From the NCBI GenBank assembly GCA_963765495.1, contig CAVXWP010000007.1, positions 791,650 through 855,649 of the forward strand: a stretch of 64,000 nucleotides of DNA, in the 5' to 3' direction. The stretch comes from Blastocatellia bacterium. GTDB lineage: Bacteria > Acidobacteriota > Blastocatellia > UBA7656. The position numbers and the translations under genes were made by a program. The notes under the pieces are model-generated. The model was given only the letters and a program-made list of their open reading frames with translations. It did no database searches and had not been told where the DNA came from. Below, piece by piece: positions 28,540 through 38,226 of this stretch (within the stretch, counting starts at the first letter, position 1; each line of letters opens with the position of its first letter).

Positions 28540-31227
28540 TCACTCCGCGTAATCGAGGAAGGTATGGATATTGGCATCACCCACTATGAAGATGTATTCC
28601 CGCGAGCCTATTCGAACCCTTGTCAAACCTTCGGGCTTCATCCTGGCATCGAGAGTTGCCACCTCGGAAGGAACCGAGTCGGCATTCGACTGATCCGCGC
28701 TGCCGTTCCATTCCCAGAGCCTGAAATCGGGCCTGCCCGAACTTGCCTTTGTCTGGCTCTCTGTCCCGCCCGATATCAGCAAAAATGATTTCAGGTGGCT
28801 GTCGTACTGTATGTCCCGGATGCCCGCTCCGGCAAGCGATAGCTTTATCAAGTGCGGCTCTGGAACTGTAATATTCTGGGCAGAGAAGGGCGCGCGCGGG
28901 TCTTTGATCTTGAGCGGAATGATCAGCGCATCGCCTTCTATAAGCGGCGAGCGCAACCCGAGCAGCAGTTGCTCGTGTGTGGGGTCGTAGGCAATCCCCT
29001 CGATATTGAGGCCGTCTTTAGCGCCCGGCTTATCGCCTATATCTTTCAATTCCGGCACATTGGCAAGCAGGAAATCGCGGAGGTTCGGTATGACCTCCGC
29101 CTGCCCTCGGATGGTCTGGCTTGCGGGATCAAAAGCGAATTGCACAATTGAGTTCTTATGCCCGAACTGAGGATCGGATTGAGAACCAACTATGTAAAAG
29201 TAGGTTCCGCTTGGAGTCGAGGTTATCGCCTCGGGGTCGGCCACCTCCACGCCCAGAGGAATTGGAACTATTGCGCCTACCTGATTGCCCGTCTCGTTGA
29301 GCTGCACCCAGTAGACCTTATCCCACGTCCCGTCAGAGATAAAAAGCACGCCGTCGGTTCCCGGAACCATCACGACGCCGGAAGGCTCGTATGTGCCGCC
29401 TTCAAAGGCCGCGCTCGCGCTCGCCTGATCTATTTTTATCTTGGCCTTGCCTTTCGAGTTTGTCGAGATCATTTGCTTGCCCGAATCCTGGCCCGAACGC
29501 ATGGAACTGTTTACATATAGGGCCAGCAATACGGCAAGGACTACGCCAAGCACCTGAGCGACTATTCGGCTGAGCCCACTGATGTAGGCGGCTTTGAGCC
29601 GATCATCCTTCTTCTTCTTCTTCTTCTTCTTTTCCGTATCGCCTTCGGCAACAATCTCCGGGTCGGCCTGCAAAGGGATTGCCGCAAGAGGAGAAGCCGC
29701 CGGAGGCGGAGCGACGGGAGCGGGCGAAATATCAACGGGTGGGCTAGCGGGTGGCGCAGGCGGCGTGCCTCCGCTAACTGGCAATTGCGGCTGACCTGCC
29801 AGACCTGCGCGATGGCGCACCTCTTCGAGAGCTTCCTTTGAGAGTATCGCCGTCTGGTTCTCCGTCGTCTCGACAGGGTTGCGGAAGGTCAGGACCGTCT
29901 TGCCCAGTTGTACGGCGTCGCCGTGTCTGAGCGTGCGCGCATGTGTGCTCAATTGTTCGCCGTTGACAAAGGTGCCGTTGCGGCTTCCCAGATCGACTAT
30001 GCTGTACCCGCCGTCGCGCATGAGTATGACCGCGTGAGTGTTGCTGACGGTAGGATCGGTCAAAATAATGTGATTGTGCGGAGCCTTGCCAATCTCTACG
30101 TCGCTGTGCGTGATCGTGTATTCAAGCGTCTCGCCCGAAGGCAGGGCTCCGATCAGTTTCGGCCCATAATGGCGGGCAATCTGCTCGGCGATTTCGGTTG
30201 AAGTGGCGATGCGCACATCCACGGGCAGCTTCATTTCGCGTTTTACGTTTTCGACCGCGTCCGTATTTGTAGGATCGGCCACGGCCAGAATCAACCGGCC
30301 CGCTTCCACAGCAACCGCCATCAAGCGATAGCGCGAGGCGAGAGGCGAAGGGAACTTTGCCGCAAGACTCTCTTCGATCTGCGCTCCCTTCAAATCAATG
30401 GTCGGTATTCGGAAAATGCGGCTCATAAAATCACGGAGCACCACTTCGTCGACCAGCCGGTCTTCGACCAGCGCCTGATGAAGCCGTCGTCGCTTTGGGC
30501 TCTCTCCACGCAGCCGCTCTATCACGGCATCCGAAACAATCCCTTCGGCAATGAGTGCGGAAGCAAGCGAATCTTCGCTCAGAGGAGGAGGCAGCACGCT
30601 CTGCAAATCGGCTGCTTCGATAGCGCCGGTCTCGCTGTGATCGCCGAGGCGAAATGTCACCTTTGACAAACCCATGCCTATCACATCGCCGTGCGCCAGT
30701 ATGTGCGGTTCGTTTATCCGTTCGCCGTTGACGAAGGTGCCGTTGCGGCTTCCCACGTCTGTTACGCTATAGACGCTGCCTTCGAGGCGGATCAACGCGT
30801 GTGAGGTCGAAACTGCCGGGTCGGCTATCACTATGTCGTTGCGCGGCCCCTTGCCCATCTGGGTCTCAAGCCGTTCGATCTCGCGATCAAAGGCATCGCC
30901 CGAGGGAAGCAGCACCCGCAATATGGCCTTCTGCTCGGTCTTGCGATTTGGTTCCGTGGAATCGAATGTGATGTCGAGAGAATCAATGACGACCGTTGGT
31001 GTGGAGCGTCCTATAGGCTTTGATTCCCTGCCTGATGATCCTGTTTTAGGAGAAGAAGAGGGCGGTGACTGGTCGGACCTCGGGGCGGCAGATGGAGCCA
31101 TCGCCGACGCACCGTTTTCGGTCTTTAATGATTCGTAGAAATTGCGCAGATCATTACCGCAACGATAGCAAAACTGCTGTCGCTCTGATTTGATGGGTGA
31201 TTTACATTGCGGGCACTCGAGTGTCAT
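28540..31227 (-). CDS. Zn-ribbon-FHA-T2SSE_N/MshEN-like-FHA-TM-beta-propeller (DUF3616-like) protein
   Basis: CPQC..CYRC; two FHA domains (VSxxHA, DxGSRNGTFVNG); LILAVADP T2SSE_N-like core; poly-Lys, TM; EPSGV, DPEAI, GLNIEGIA, GLRSP, GIRDI, KPEGL blades. Confidence 0.85.
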   Translation of the reverse strand: MTLECPQCKSPIKSERQQFCYRCGNDLRNFYESLKTENGASAMAPSAAPRSDQSPPSSSPKTGSSGRESKPIGRSTPTVVIDSLDITFDSTEPNRKTEQKAILRVLLPSGDAFDREIERLETQMGKGPRNDIVIADPAVSTSHALIRLEGSVYSVTDVGSRNGTFVNGERINEPHILAHGDVIGMGLSKVTFRLGDHSETGAIEAADLQSVLPPPLSEDSLASALIAEGIVSDAVIERLRGESPKRRRLHQALVEDRLVDEVVLRDFMSRIFRIPTIDLKGAQIEESLAAKFPSPLASRYRLMAVAVEAGRLILAVADPTNTDAVENVKREMKLPVDVRIATSTEIAEQIARHYGPKLIGALPSGETLEYTITHSDVEIGKAPHNHIILTDPTVSNTHAVILMRDGGYSIVDLGSRNGTFVNGEQLSTHARTLRHGDAVQLGKTVLTFRNPVETTENQTAILSKEALEEVRHRAGLAGQPQLPVSGGTPPAPPASPPVDISPAPVAPPPAASPLAAIPLQADPEIVAEGDTEKKKKKKKKDDRLKAAYISGLSRIVAQVLGVVLAVLLALYVNSSMRSGQDSGKQMISTNSKGKAKIKIDQASASAAFEGGTYEPSGVVMVPGTDGVLFISDGTWDKVYWVQLNETGNQVGAIVPIPLGVEVADPEAITSTPSGTYFYIVGSQSDPQFGHKNSIVQFAFDPASQTIRGQAEVIPNLRDFLLANVPELKDIGDKPGAKDGLNIEGIAYDPTHEQLLLGLRSPLIEGDALIIPLKIKDPRAPFSAQNITVPEPHLIKLSLAGAGIRDIQYDSHLKSFLLISGGTESQTKASSGRPDFRLWEWNGSADQSNADSVPSEVATLDARMKPEGLTRVRIGSREYIFIVGDANIHTFLDYAE

Positions 31228-31450
31228 TTGAATGTTTCTGAACTATAAATTTAGAAAAATTAAGCTCGCTCCCAGGTTTTTTATACAGCATTGTTATGAC
31301 CAGCTAAAATACCGCGCTATTATCAATTACAGTATTTGCCTTGTACCCGTCAACGCCCGATCCCACCTTATTATATAGGCCGCCTTAGCTATAGGCGGCA
31401 GTATACCGGCTCATTCTATCAAAAGCAAGAAAGCGCTCGAAAGTTTGTGT

Positions 31451-31479
31451 TTGACAGCCTCCGGGGGCAGGACTACAAT
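31451..31479 (+). promoter_or_regulatory. Sigma70-type promoter of tatA
   Basis: TTGACA-17 bp-TACAAT, followed by AAGGAG RBS. Confidence 0.75.
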
Positions 31480-31515
31480 CACTTGTGATACTAACAATTT
31501 AAGGAGTTATAGCAT

Positions 31516-31752
31516 ATGGGTGGACTTGGATGGCCCGAGATGTTGATAATCATACTGATCGTCGTGGTGCTTTTCGGTGCGCGGCGCATACCGGAAGTGG
31601 CCAAGGGGCTCGGTGAGGGAATACGCAGTTTCAAGACCGGGTTGCACGGCGATGAGAGGCGAGAGATTGAAGATCGCAAATACAACGGCACGCGCCCGGC
31701 TGCCGATTCGGAAGAGGCAGAGCGAAGGGAAAGGAATCCCAGATCAGCCTGA
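31516..31752 (+). CDS. tatA: Twin-arginine translocase TatA/E subunit
   Basis: MGGLGWPEMLIIILIVVVLFGARRIPEVAKGLGEGIRSFK. Confidence 0.93.
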   Translation: MGGLGWPEMLIIILIVVVLFGARRIPEVAKGLGEGIRSFKTGLHGDERREIEDRKYNGTRPAADSEEAERRERNPRSA

Positions 31753-31884
31753 ACAATTTATTATAAAATTCTCTCCACAATTTAAGTCCGAAGAAATCAA
31801 TAAATCAAAGCAATCCTGAAGGAAGCAGGGTAGATGCAGGTTTGCTCGCCTTCTCGATAATGCGCGCAACAATCTCGCTTACAA

Positions 31885-32292
31885 TCATTCGAACTCATCC
31901 GTAAGTGGCTGGCGTCCCGCAAACCCCGCATCTACTTCGTGCCACCAGTTTATCTCGTCCTCTTCCGGTTTCCAGCAAAGATAGACGACGCGGCCCTGGC
32001 GCTCGTGTGGAAAGTCAACCAGCCCGGTTCGAAAATCCTTGACCAGGACTCCGATCATCTCCACCTCCTGGACGGCCTCGCTGAAGTTGACAAGGTGTTT
32101 CAGATACGTAGGCCCGAGCGGCGAGCCGCCGTTGAGTTCGGCATTCTCTCTGGCGCGGTCGAGTTCCACGCGCATGTCAAGCAGTGCCTCGCGCTCATTC
32201 GATACGCGGGTGAGCAGCTTTCGCAGCCTTGGGATGAGGCTGCGGGCCTCGCTCACTGTAAAGGTTCTTACTTCTTCCATTTCATCGTACAT
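31885..32292 (-). CDS. DUF2203-family protein
   Basis: FTVSEARSLIP...GVLVKD..GLVDFP...VYLCWK.EE.I.WWHEVDAGFAGRQPL. Confidence 0.85.
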   Translation of the reverse strand: MYDEMEEVRTFTVSEARSLIPRLRKLLTRVSNEREALLDMRVELDRARENAELNGGSPLGPTYLKHLVNFSEAVQEVEMIGVLVKDFRTGLVDFPHERQGRVVYLCWKPEEDEINWWHEVDAGFAGRQPLTDEFE

Positions 32293-32358
32293 TGATGATT
32301 TACCTGTTCCAGACCATCGCTTTATGCTGCACCATCAGCTTACGCGTGGTCAAGTGAT

Positions 32359-32509
32359 GGGGGTCAGGGGCCGGGGGTCGGGGGCCGGTGATTAAATACA
32401 TCGTATAGTAACTCGGTTGATCTTGCGTTGACTCTGTATCTCAAATCTCAAATGAGCAGACCTTAAATCAATTTCTGGACCGGCCCCCGGCCCCCGACCC
32501 CCGGCCCCC
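32359..32509. repeat. Heptamer-armed element, GGGGCC(G/A) family, copy 1
   Basis: GGGGGTCAGGGGCCGGGGGTCGGGGGCCGGT ... ACCGGCCCCCGGCCCCCGACCCCCGGCCCCC with AT-rich core. Confidence 0.88.
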
Positions 32510-34252
32510 TCCAAGGGAATGGCCGATCTCGTAAAAGCCGGGTAGGTCTATCGGCAGCTTGCCTTTGAACTCTATCTCGCCGAGGACGGCCCTGAGCGAT
32601 GCCTCTTCGGCAGCCGGATAGTATTCGTATGCGAGAATATAAGTCGGCAACTCGGGCACGAATGCTATCAGATAAGGGCTGCCGTAAAGCACAAAGACAA
32701 AGGGTTTCTCAATTGAAGATAAATATTTGAGCAAATCGATTTCGCCTTCGCTCACATCTATCGAGCCTTTGAAGGCCGAAATTCGAATAAATCCGTTTAC
32801 GATTACTACATCGGCAAGCAGAGCGAGTTTTCTTATCAGATCAAGCTCGCGCGGCGCGGTTTGCTCCGTCACATAGACGTTTGTCGTGTTGGCGTGTCTC
32901 TGCTTCAAGCCCTCGTAAAATGTGCGGCCCGGCGCGCCGTCACTCCAGCCCGCGGCGTTGTCTACGATCGTTATAAAGAGGACTTTCTGCTCTTCTGTGA
33001 GTTTGAGCGGCAGCACGCTTTTTTTATCGCGCACAAGCGTAATGGCGTTTTCGATTATCTCTTGAGCCGTCTTTTGATGCTCGCTTGTGCCGAGCATACG
33101 GTCTATTTTGTTGATGTCGATCATTCTGTTTTTGTCGAGTCCGAGGCGCGCCTTGGCCGCCAGTATCCGGCGCACGGACTGATCTATTCGGGCAGTTGTG
33201 ATCTCGCCCGTTTCGAGTGCGCGCTTTATGGCTGTAAATGTCTGCTCGACGGTTGGCGGATAGAGGATAATATCCGCACCGGCCTTGATGGCGCGGACGG
33301 CCGCCTCGCCTTCCGGGTAGTGGCTTGTTATGCCCTGCATAACCATCGCGTCCGTGAAGATCACGCCGTCGAATTTCAGATCTCCGCGCAATACCCCGGT
33401 CAGCATTTTGGGCGAAAGCGTCGCGGGCAGCCCTTCGGTTTCGATACGCGGCAGGGCGATGTGCGCGCTCATCACCCCACCGACACCTTCTTCGATGGCG
33501 GCTTGAAACGGCGGAAGTTCAATCCGGTCGAGCCGCGCGCGGTCTACGTCTATCGCCGGAAGCTCAAGATGAGAATCCACGGAAGTGTCCCCGTGACCGG
33601 GGAAGTGCTTGGCCGTAGCCATAACGCCGGCCGATTGTGATCCGCGAATGTAGGCGCGGGCCATCTCGGAAACCCTCTGCGGGTCGCTGCCAAAGGAACG
33701 AATGTTTATGATCGGGTTACGCGCATTATTGTTTACGTCAACGACCGGATAAAAATTCACATTGATGCCGAGGGCGCGAGCCTCTTCGGCGGTGATGCGA
33801 CCGGCCTGATATGCCATATCAGGGTTTGCGGTTGCGCCCATTGCCATGCCTCGCGGCAATCGAGTAGCGCCGAGATAGCGGATTCCGGCTCCGCCCTCGA
33901 AATCCGCCGTGATCAAGAGGGGCACTTTAGCCATCTCTTGCATATGATTTATCAGGAGCGCGACCCCCGCCGGTTCGTGCCGCGTATTGACTTCGCCAAG
34001 CATGTGATAACCGCCTACGTGAAACTCGGTGATGTCGCGACGGATTTGCCGAAAAGTATCGGTATCTTGCGAAATGAACATTCCGACTACGGCAGGGATT
34101 ATCAATTGCCCGATCTTCTCATCCACGCTCATGGAACGCAGCGTCTTTTCAACCCACGGATCATCGGAGGACATTCGCTTATCTGTCGCGGGCAAATAAG
34201 CAAAAACATTTGAAGCGGTAATCATCAAGAACGCGAGCAGTATTCGTCTCAT
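32468..34252 (-). CDS. Exported GH3 beta-N-acetylglucosaminidase (NagZ-like, two-domain)
   Basis: ADFEGG, NPIINIRSFG, KHFPGHGDTSVDSH, FTDAM; last about 12 residues are translated repeat arm. Confidence 0.9.
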   Translation of the reverse strand: MRRILLAFLMITASNVFAYLPATDKRMSSDDPWVEKTLRSMSVDEKIGQLIIPAVVGMFISQDTDTFRQIRRDITEFHVGGYHMLGEVNTRHEPAGVALLINHMQEMAKVPLLITADFEGGAGIRYLGATRLPRGMAMGATANPDMAYQAGRITAEEARALGINVNFYPVVDVNNNARNPIINIRSFGSDPQRVSEMARAYIRGSQSAGVMATAKHFPGHGDTSVDSHLELPAIDVDRARLDRIELPPFQAAIEEGVGGVMSAHIALPRIETEGLPATLSPKMLTGVLRGDLKFDGVIFTDAMVMQGITSHYPEGEAAVRAIKAGADIILYPPTVEQTFTAIKRALETGEITTARIDQSVRRILAAKARLGLDKNRMIDINKIDRMLGTSEHQKTAQEIIENAITLVRDKKSVLPLKLTEEQKVLFITIVDNAAGWSDGAPGRTFYEGLKQRHANTTNVYVTEQTAPRELDLIRKLALLADVVIVNGFIRISAFKGSIDVSEGEIDLLKYLSSIEKPFVFVLYGSPYLIAFVPELPTYILAYEYYPAAEEASLRAVLGEIEFKGKLPIDLPGFYEIGHSLGGGRGSGAGGRSRN

Positions 34253-34265
34253 AAAAATCTTTCTT

Positions 34266-34435
34266 GGGGGCCAGGGGCCAGGGGCCGGGGGCCGGTTCAG
34301 AAATTGATTTCTCTTCTACTCATCAGAGATTTGAAAGCTCAAATCTCAAATACGAAACCTGCAAAAGATCGACCGACTTACTACTGACCAGTGACCACCG
34401 ATCACCGGCCCCCGGCCCCCGGCCCCTGGCCCCCC
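34266..34435. repeat. Heptamer-armed element, GGGGCC(G/A) family, copy 2 (inverted relative to copy 1)
   Basis: GGGGGCCAGGGGCCAGGGGCCGGGGGCCGGT ... ACCGGCCCCCGGCCCCCGGCCCCTGGCCCCCC; core aligns with the reverse complement of the copy 1 core. Confidence 0.88.
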
Positions 34436-36234
34436 ATCATGGCTTCTTCTCTGGGGGTCGGCGCATCCTCGGGTGTCTCCCAGCCTGCGCGACCCAGGTT
34501 CCATGTGATTGCGGTTCCGGCCAGTAATCCTACAACTATGAAAACGATCCCTTTGCTCATCTGGCCAAGTATCACCTCGCCTATGCCGAAAAGAAATGCG
34601 TAAACGAGCACGCAGCCAAGCAGCCAGTTTATGATGTTGGGTGTGAGCGGCTCCCCTTCGGCCACGCCGGATTCGGCAGCTACGTGCCGCCAGCCGCCGC
34701 CTCCCGGTCGCACTTTGCGATAGAAGGAGATCAGTTTTTCGCGCGGTTCGGGAGCGGTGGAAAACGTCACGATCACCCAGACCATCGTTGTGATCGCTAC
34801 TGTAGCGACGAGCTTATAGGCGAAGAACAGATCGCCTGTCTGTGGGGCCTGCGGGTCGAGACCGAATAGCGGTGGGCCGAGCCTATCAAGGGTCACAGAG
34901 ACTATCAGCGCCGATGCCATCGAAGAGATTTCCGACCATGCGTTCACGCGCCACCAGTACCAGCGCAGAATATACACAAGACCGGTTCCCGCGCCTATAC
35001 TCAACAGCAGTTGCCAGGTGTCGCGGATGGATTCCAGGGTGAGCGAAAACAACCCGGCTACGACGACGAGCAGTGCCGTCGCAAGCCGCGACACAAAGAC
35101 ATAATGGCCTTCGGTAGCGGATTTGTTTACAAAGCGGCGATAGAAATCATTTATCAAATAAGAACTGCCCCAGTTGAGTTGCGTCGCTATCGTAGACATA
35201 TAAGCCGCCGCAAATGATGCCATCATCAATCCGAGCAGGCCGCGCGGCAGCACATCGAGCATTATTCGAATAAATCCCGATTCTTTATCCGCAAGCGTGG
35301 GGTAGAGGACCACCGTGCACAGCGCCGTCACTATCCAGGGCCACGGCCTGAGCGCGTAATGGGCTACGTTGAACCAGAGCGTGGCAAGCAACCCGTGCTT
35401 CTCGTTCTTTGCCGAAAAGATGCGTTGCGCGACGTAGCCGCCGCCGCCCGGTTCCGCGCCCGGATACCACGACGCCCACCACTGCACTCCGAGGTAAACG
35501 GCGAAGGTTGCAGCGGGCAGCCACGGACTATCGAATCCGGGCCACAACCCCGTAGCCTTGTCCGCGCTCCCGAAATGTTCGCTCACTCCCGCGATCAGGC
35601 TGTCCATTCCGCCAACGCGCCGCACGCTGAAGACGGCCAGCACTATGCAACCAAACATAGCTATGCAGAATTGCACCGCGTCGGTTACGACTACGCCCCA
35701 GAAACCTGAAATCACCACGTAGAGCGCGGTGATGCCGAGACAGAGAAAAGTAGCCTGCCACGCGTTTATACCGAGCGAGAGGTTGAGCACCTTGACCATA
35801 GCCAGAGTCACCCATCCCATGATGATGCAGTTTATCAACAGCCCGAGATAGACCGCGCGAAAGCCGCGCAGGAAAGCGGCCGGTCGCCCGGCATAACGCA
35901 ACTCCGTCAACTCAACATCGGTCATGACACCCGACCTGCGCCAGAGCCGCGAGAAGAGAAAAACCGTGAGCATTCCGCTCGCTACAAGATTCCACCAGAG
36001 CCAGTTTCCGGCCACGCCGTTACTGGCTACGAGCCCTGTGACGACAAGAGGCGTGTCGGCGGCAAAGGTGGTTGCCACCATCGAAGTCCCGGCAAGCCAC
36101 CAGGGCATCGAGCGATCCGAAAGAAAAAACTCGTCGGTCGAGCGGCCCGCCCGCTTTGCATAATAAAGCCCTATTGCCAGCGACAGCCCGAAATAGGCTC
36201 CGATGATTGCCCAGTCAACAATTGTGAGTTTCAT
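34402..36234 (-). CDS. Sodium:solute symporter (SSS family)
   Basis: MKLTIVDWAIIG, FFLSDRSMPWWLAGTSMVATTFAADTP, GGYVAQR, AAYMST, many TM helices; start moved to 36234 (GGAG RBS). Confidence 0.9.
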   Translation of the reverse strand: MKLTIVDWAIIGAYFGLSLAIGLYYAKRAGRSTDEFFLSDRSMPWWLAGTSMVATTFAADTPLVVTGLVASNGVAGNWLWWNLVASGMLTVFLFSRLWRRSGVMTDVELTELRYAGRPAAFLRGFRAVYLGLLINCIIMGWVTLAMVKVLNLSLGINAWQATFLCLGITALYVVISGFWGVVVTDAVQFCIAMFGCIVLAVFSVRRVGGMDSLIAGVSEHFGSADKATGLWPGFDSPWLPAATFAVYLGVQWWASWYPGAEPGGGGYVAQRIFSAKNEKHGLLATLWFNVAHYALRPWPWIVTALCTVVLYPTLADKESGFIRIMLDVLPRGLLGLMMASFAAAYMSTIATQLNWGSSYLINDFYRRFVNKSATEGHYVFVSRLATALLVVVAGLFSLTLESIRDTWQLLLSIGAGTGLVYILRWYWWRVNAWSEISSMASALIVSVTLDRLGPPLFGLDPQAPQTGDLFFAYKLVATVAITTMVWVIVTFSTAPEPREKLISFYRKVRPGGGGWRHVAAESGVAEGEPLTPNIINWLLGCVLVYAFLFGIGEVILGQMSKGIVFIVVGLLAGTAITWNLGRAGWETPEDAPTPREEAMMGGQGPGAGGR

Positions 36235-36427
36235 TCGATCTCCCTGAGCGATTGCGTGATGAGTTGTGCGTATGCGTGAAGCGTGATTAGTGCAAATGAC
36301 AATCAATTTATGGTAATCTGACCGCTCATTGAGCGCGCATCATGCTTTACGCAACACTGATGTATACTATCTTAGTCGGCGCTTGGCAATTCGACGACAG
36401 GCTTTGACTACTGTTTCAGAGGATTAG

Positions 36428-37024
36428 ATGATTAGAAAAATTATTGCAGGTCTTTCGATGACCGCGCTTCTGTTCAGTCTGAGTTGCGGCGGATCAAAAA
36501 ACACAAACGCCCCGGCAAACGCCAATACAAACGTCGAGAGCGAGGACTACGGCGAGATAAACGACACCTGGATAGCCTGGAAAGTCAAAATGGCTCTGAT
36601 AGCCGACACTCGCACAAGCGGGTTTGAGACCGATGTGGCTTCCAATGATGGCGCGGTAACGCTTAGCGGCAAAGTTGATGCCCCTGAAGCAAAGTCGGCA
36701 GCCGACGAGGTGGCAAAAGCTATCGAGGGCGTCAAGAGTGTGGATAATCAACTTCAGGTCGTGCCGGAGGCAAAGCGAGTTCAGGTAGACGCAAAGGATG
36801 ACAAGATCGTCGAGGCAATCGAAAAAATAACCGGCAATGATCCGAAACTCCAGAGCCTGACGCTGACTGCCGACAGCGATAACGGTGTGGTCACAATCAA
36901 CGGAACGGTTGACACTCAGGAAGAACTGCTCGCCTACGCGCAGGCGGTGCGAAAGATTCCCGGAGTAAAAGCCGTAATAACGGCTCCCGTGATCGTCACT
37001 GGCGAGGATAAATCCGGGCAGTAG
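36428..37024 (+). CDS. Dual-BON-domain (OsmY-like) lipoprotein
   Basis: Lipobox-like SLSC, DTWIAWKVK, GAVTLSGKV, GVKSVDNQL, second BON domain; GAGG RBS. Confidence 0.88.
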   Translation: MIRKIIAGLSMTALLFSLSCGGSKNTNAPANANTNVESEDYGEINDTWIAWKVKMALIADTRTSGFETDVASNDGAVTLSGKVDAPEAKSAADEVAKAIEGVKSVDNQLQVVPEAKRVQVDAKDDKIVEAIEKITGNDPKLQSLTLTADSDNGVVTINGTVDTQEELLAYAQAVRKIPGVKAVITAPVIVTGEDKSGQ

Positions 37025-37144
37025 GCAGTAGGCAGTAACGGAGTTGGGTACCACCTATTCATATGCTTATACCGTGCTCTCTTTAGAAGTAGTCGTCAAT
37101 TCAGCATCAACTGCCTACTGCTTACTGCTTACTGCCTGCTGCTC
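37017..37144. repeat. Heptamer-armed element, GGCAGTA/TACTGCC family, copy 1
   Basis: Arms contain the stop codons of both convergent flanking genes; about 70-bp core is a near reverse complement of 51361-51498. Confidence 0.92.
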
Positions 37145-37992
37145 ACTTCCACTCTCTTTTGAGGCGCTCGTTTCTTTGAGGCGGATGCAGGACGGGCGTT
37201 TCGAGAAGTTTTCTTCGCAACGGTTTTTTGAGATGCCTTGATTATGCGCGGCTCGCAAACGCTCTGGCTGCGATTTATCGCCTGCCTGACGCTGCGGTAG
37301 CCGTATTTGCGCGGGTCAGCTTCAAAATGAGCCGGGTCGGCCAGTCCGTACCGCCATTTGAAACCATTCTTCTGCATTATTTTTACTATTTGCCGACCAC
37401 GCGGGGTCAGACGTTTTGCGCCTCGCGGCCCGGCCGCCACTCCCGATATGTCTACGGCAAATCCCGCTTCGTGAAGCGATTGGCCCGCTGGCAGCGCAGC
37501 ATAAAGCCCCGGATGGCTTTGGCGGCACTTGCGGCTGCGAGAGCACCGATTCAACTGGGCCTGACGAGCCGATGACCGCCACGTGCTTGTAATGGTCGGC
37601 TTGATGCCTTTGCGTTTCATCTCGCGCAAGGCTGTGCTGTACTTCTTGTTGATCGCCGGGCTGATATAACCCGGGCTCTTGCAAGGCGCGACCATTGCGC
37701 GAGCAGATTTTTTGGATGTCCTTCTGGCGTTCTTCGCCTGTCGGGCGCTGCACTCGCCGCAACCTCTGTCAGTGGTTTGATTCTTTTTGGAGACCCGTGT
37801 TGATCGAGCCGCGTTCGCTTGTTTTTTCGCGTTCGCTTGTTTTTTCGCCGCAGACGTTGAGGAAACATTCCTTGACGCTGACCGGGTGGCCCGTGATCTA
37901 TTCTGTGCGTTGTTGGAAGGTGATATGAAGAAGCTCGTCGCCAGAATCAGGAGAGAGATACCCACACACCGCCCTGCTGAATATGAAAGCAT
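37129..37992 (-). CDS. Exported, highly basic M15-family (VanY-like) Zn peptidase
   Basis: STWRSSARQ, SLHEAGFAVDI (SxHxxGxAxD), DPAHFE; signal peptide; Lys/Arg- and Cys-rich flanks. Confidence 0.75.
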   Translation of the reverse strand: MLSYSAGRCVGISLLILATSFFISPSNNAQNRSRATRSASRNVSSTSAAKKQANAKKQANAARSTRVSKKNQTTDRGCGECSARQAKNARRTSKKSARAMVAPCKSPGYISPAINKKYSTALREMKRKGIKPTITSTWRSSARQAQLNRCSRSRKCRQSHPGLYAALPAGQSLHEAGFAVDISGVAAGPRGAKRLTPRGRQIVKIMQKNGFKWRYGLADPAHFEADPRKYGYRSVRQAINRSQSVCEPRIIKASQKTVAKKTSRNARPASASKKRAPQKRVEVSSRQ

Positions 37993-38151
37993 GGAGTTAT
38001 TTTCCTTTGGGGCTTAAGCTGTAAACCGGAGGGGCTTTTTCAAGCATTCCGGAGGTTGAATCAACCCTGCTGAAGCAATTCCTGTCGAGCGGTCCAGAAA
38101 CAGTATAACCCATCGGTCAAGGGCCGATTTGAGACCTGACCGTTGAGGATA

Positions 38152-38220
38152 GCCACGGCAGTCACAAAGACATAAAGACTCTTCATATTCTTTTCTCTGT
38201 GTCTTTGCGACTACGGTGGC
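38152..38220. repeat. REP-like palindrome (GCCAC...GTGGC family)
   Basis: GCCACGGCAGTCACAAAGACATAAAGA ... TCTCTGTGTCTTTGCGACTACGGTGGC. Confidence 0.7.
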
Positions 38221-38226
38221 CGACTC

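Noticed and set aside
36254-36352. Additional GTGATGC-like element upstream of the SSS gene
   Set aside because: Arms are too degenerate and the core does not match the family, so it was not counted; it may be an old remnant.
37044-37241. Small ORF MGTTYSYAY..., which resembles the N-terminus of ORF 49941..51455
   Set aside because: The similarity is just translation of two copies of the GGCAGTA repeat element. The ORF-track N-terminal extensions at 818, 6807, 36306, 49923 and 51455 are artefacts of the same kind.
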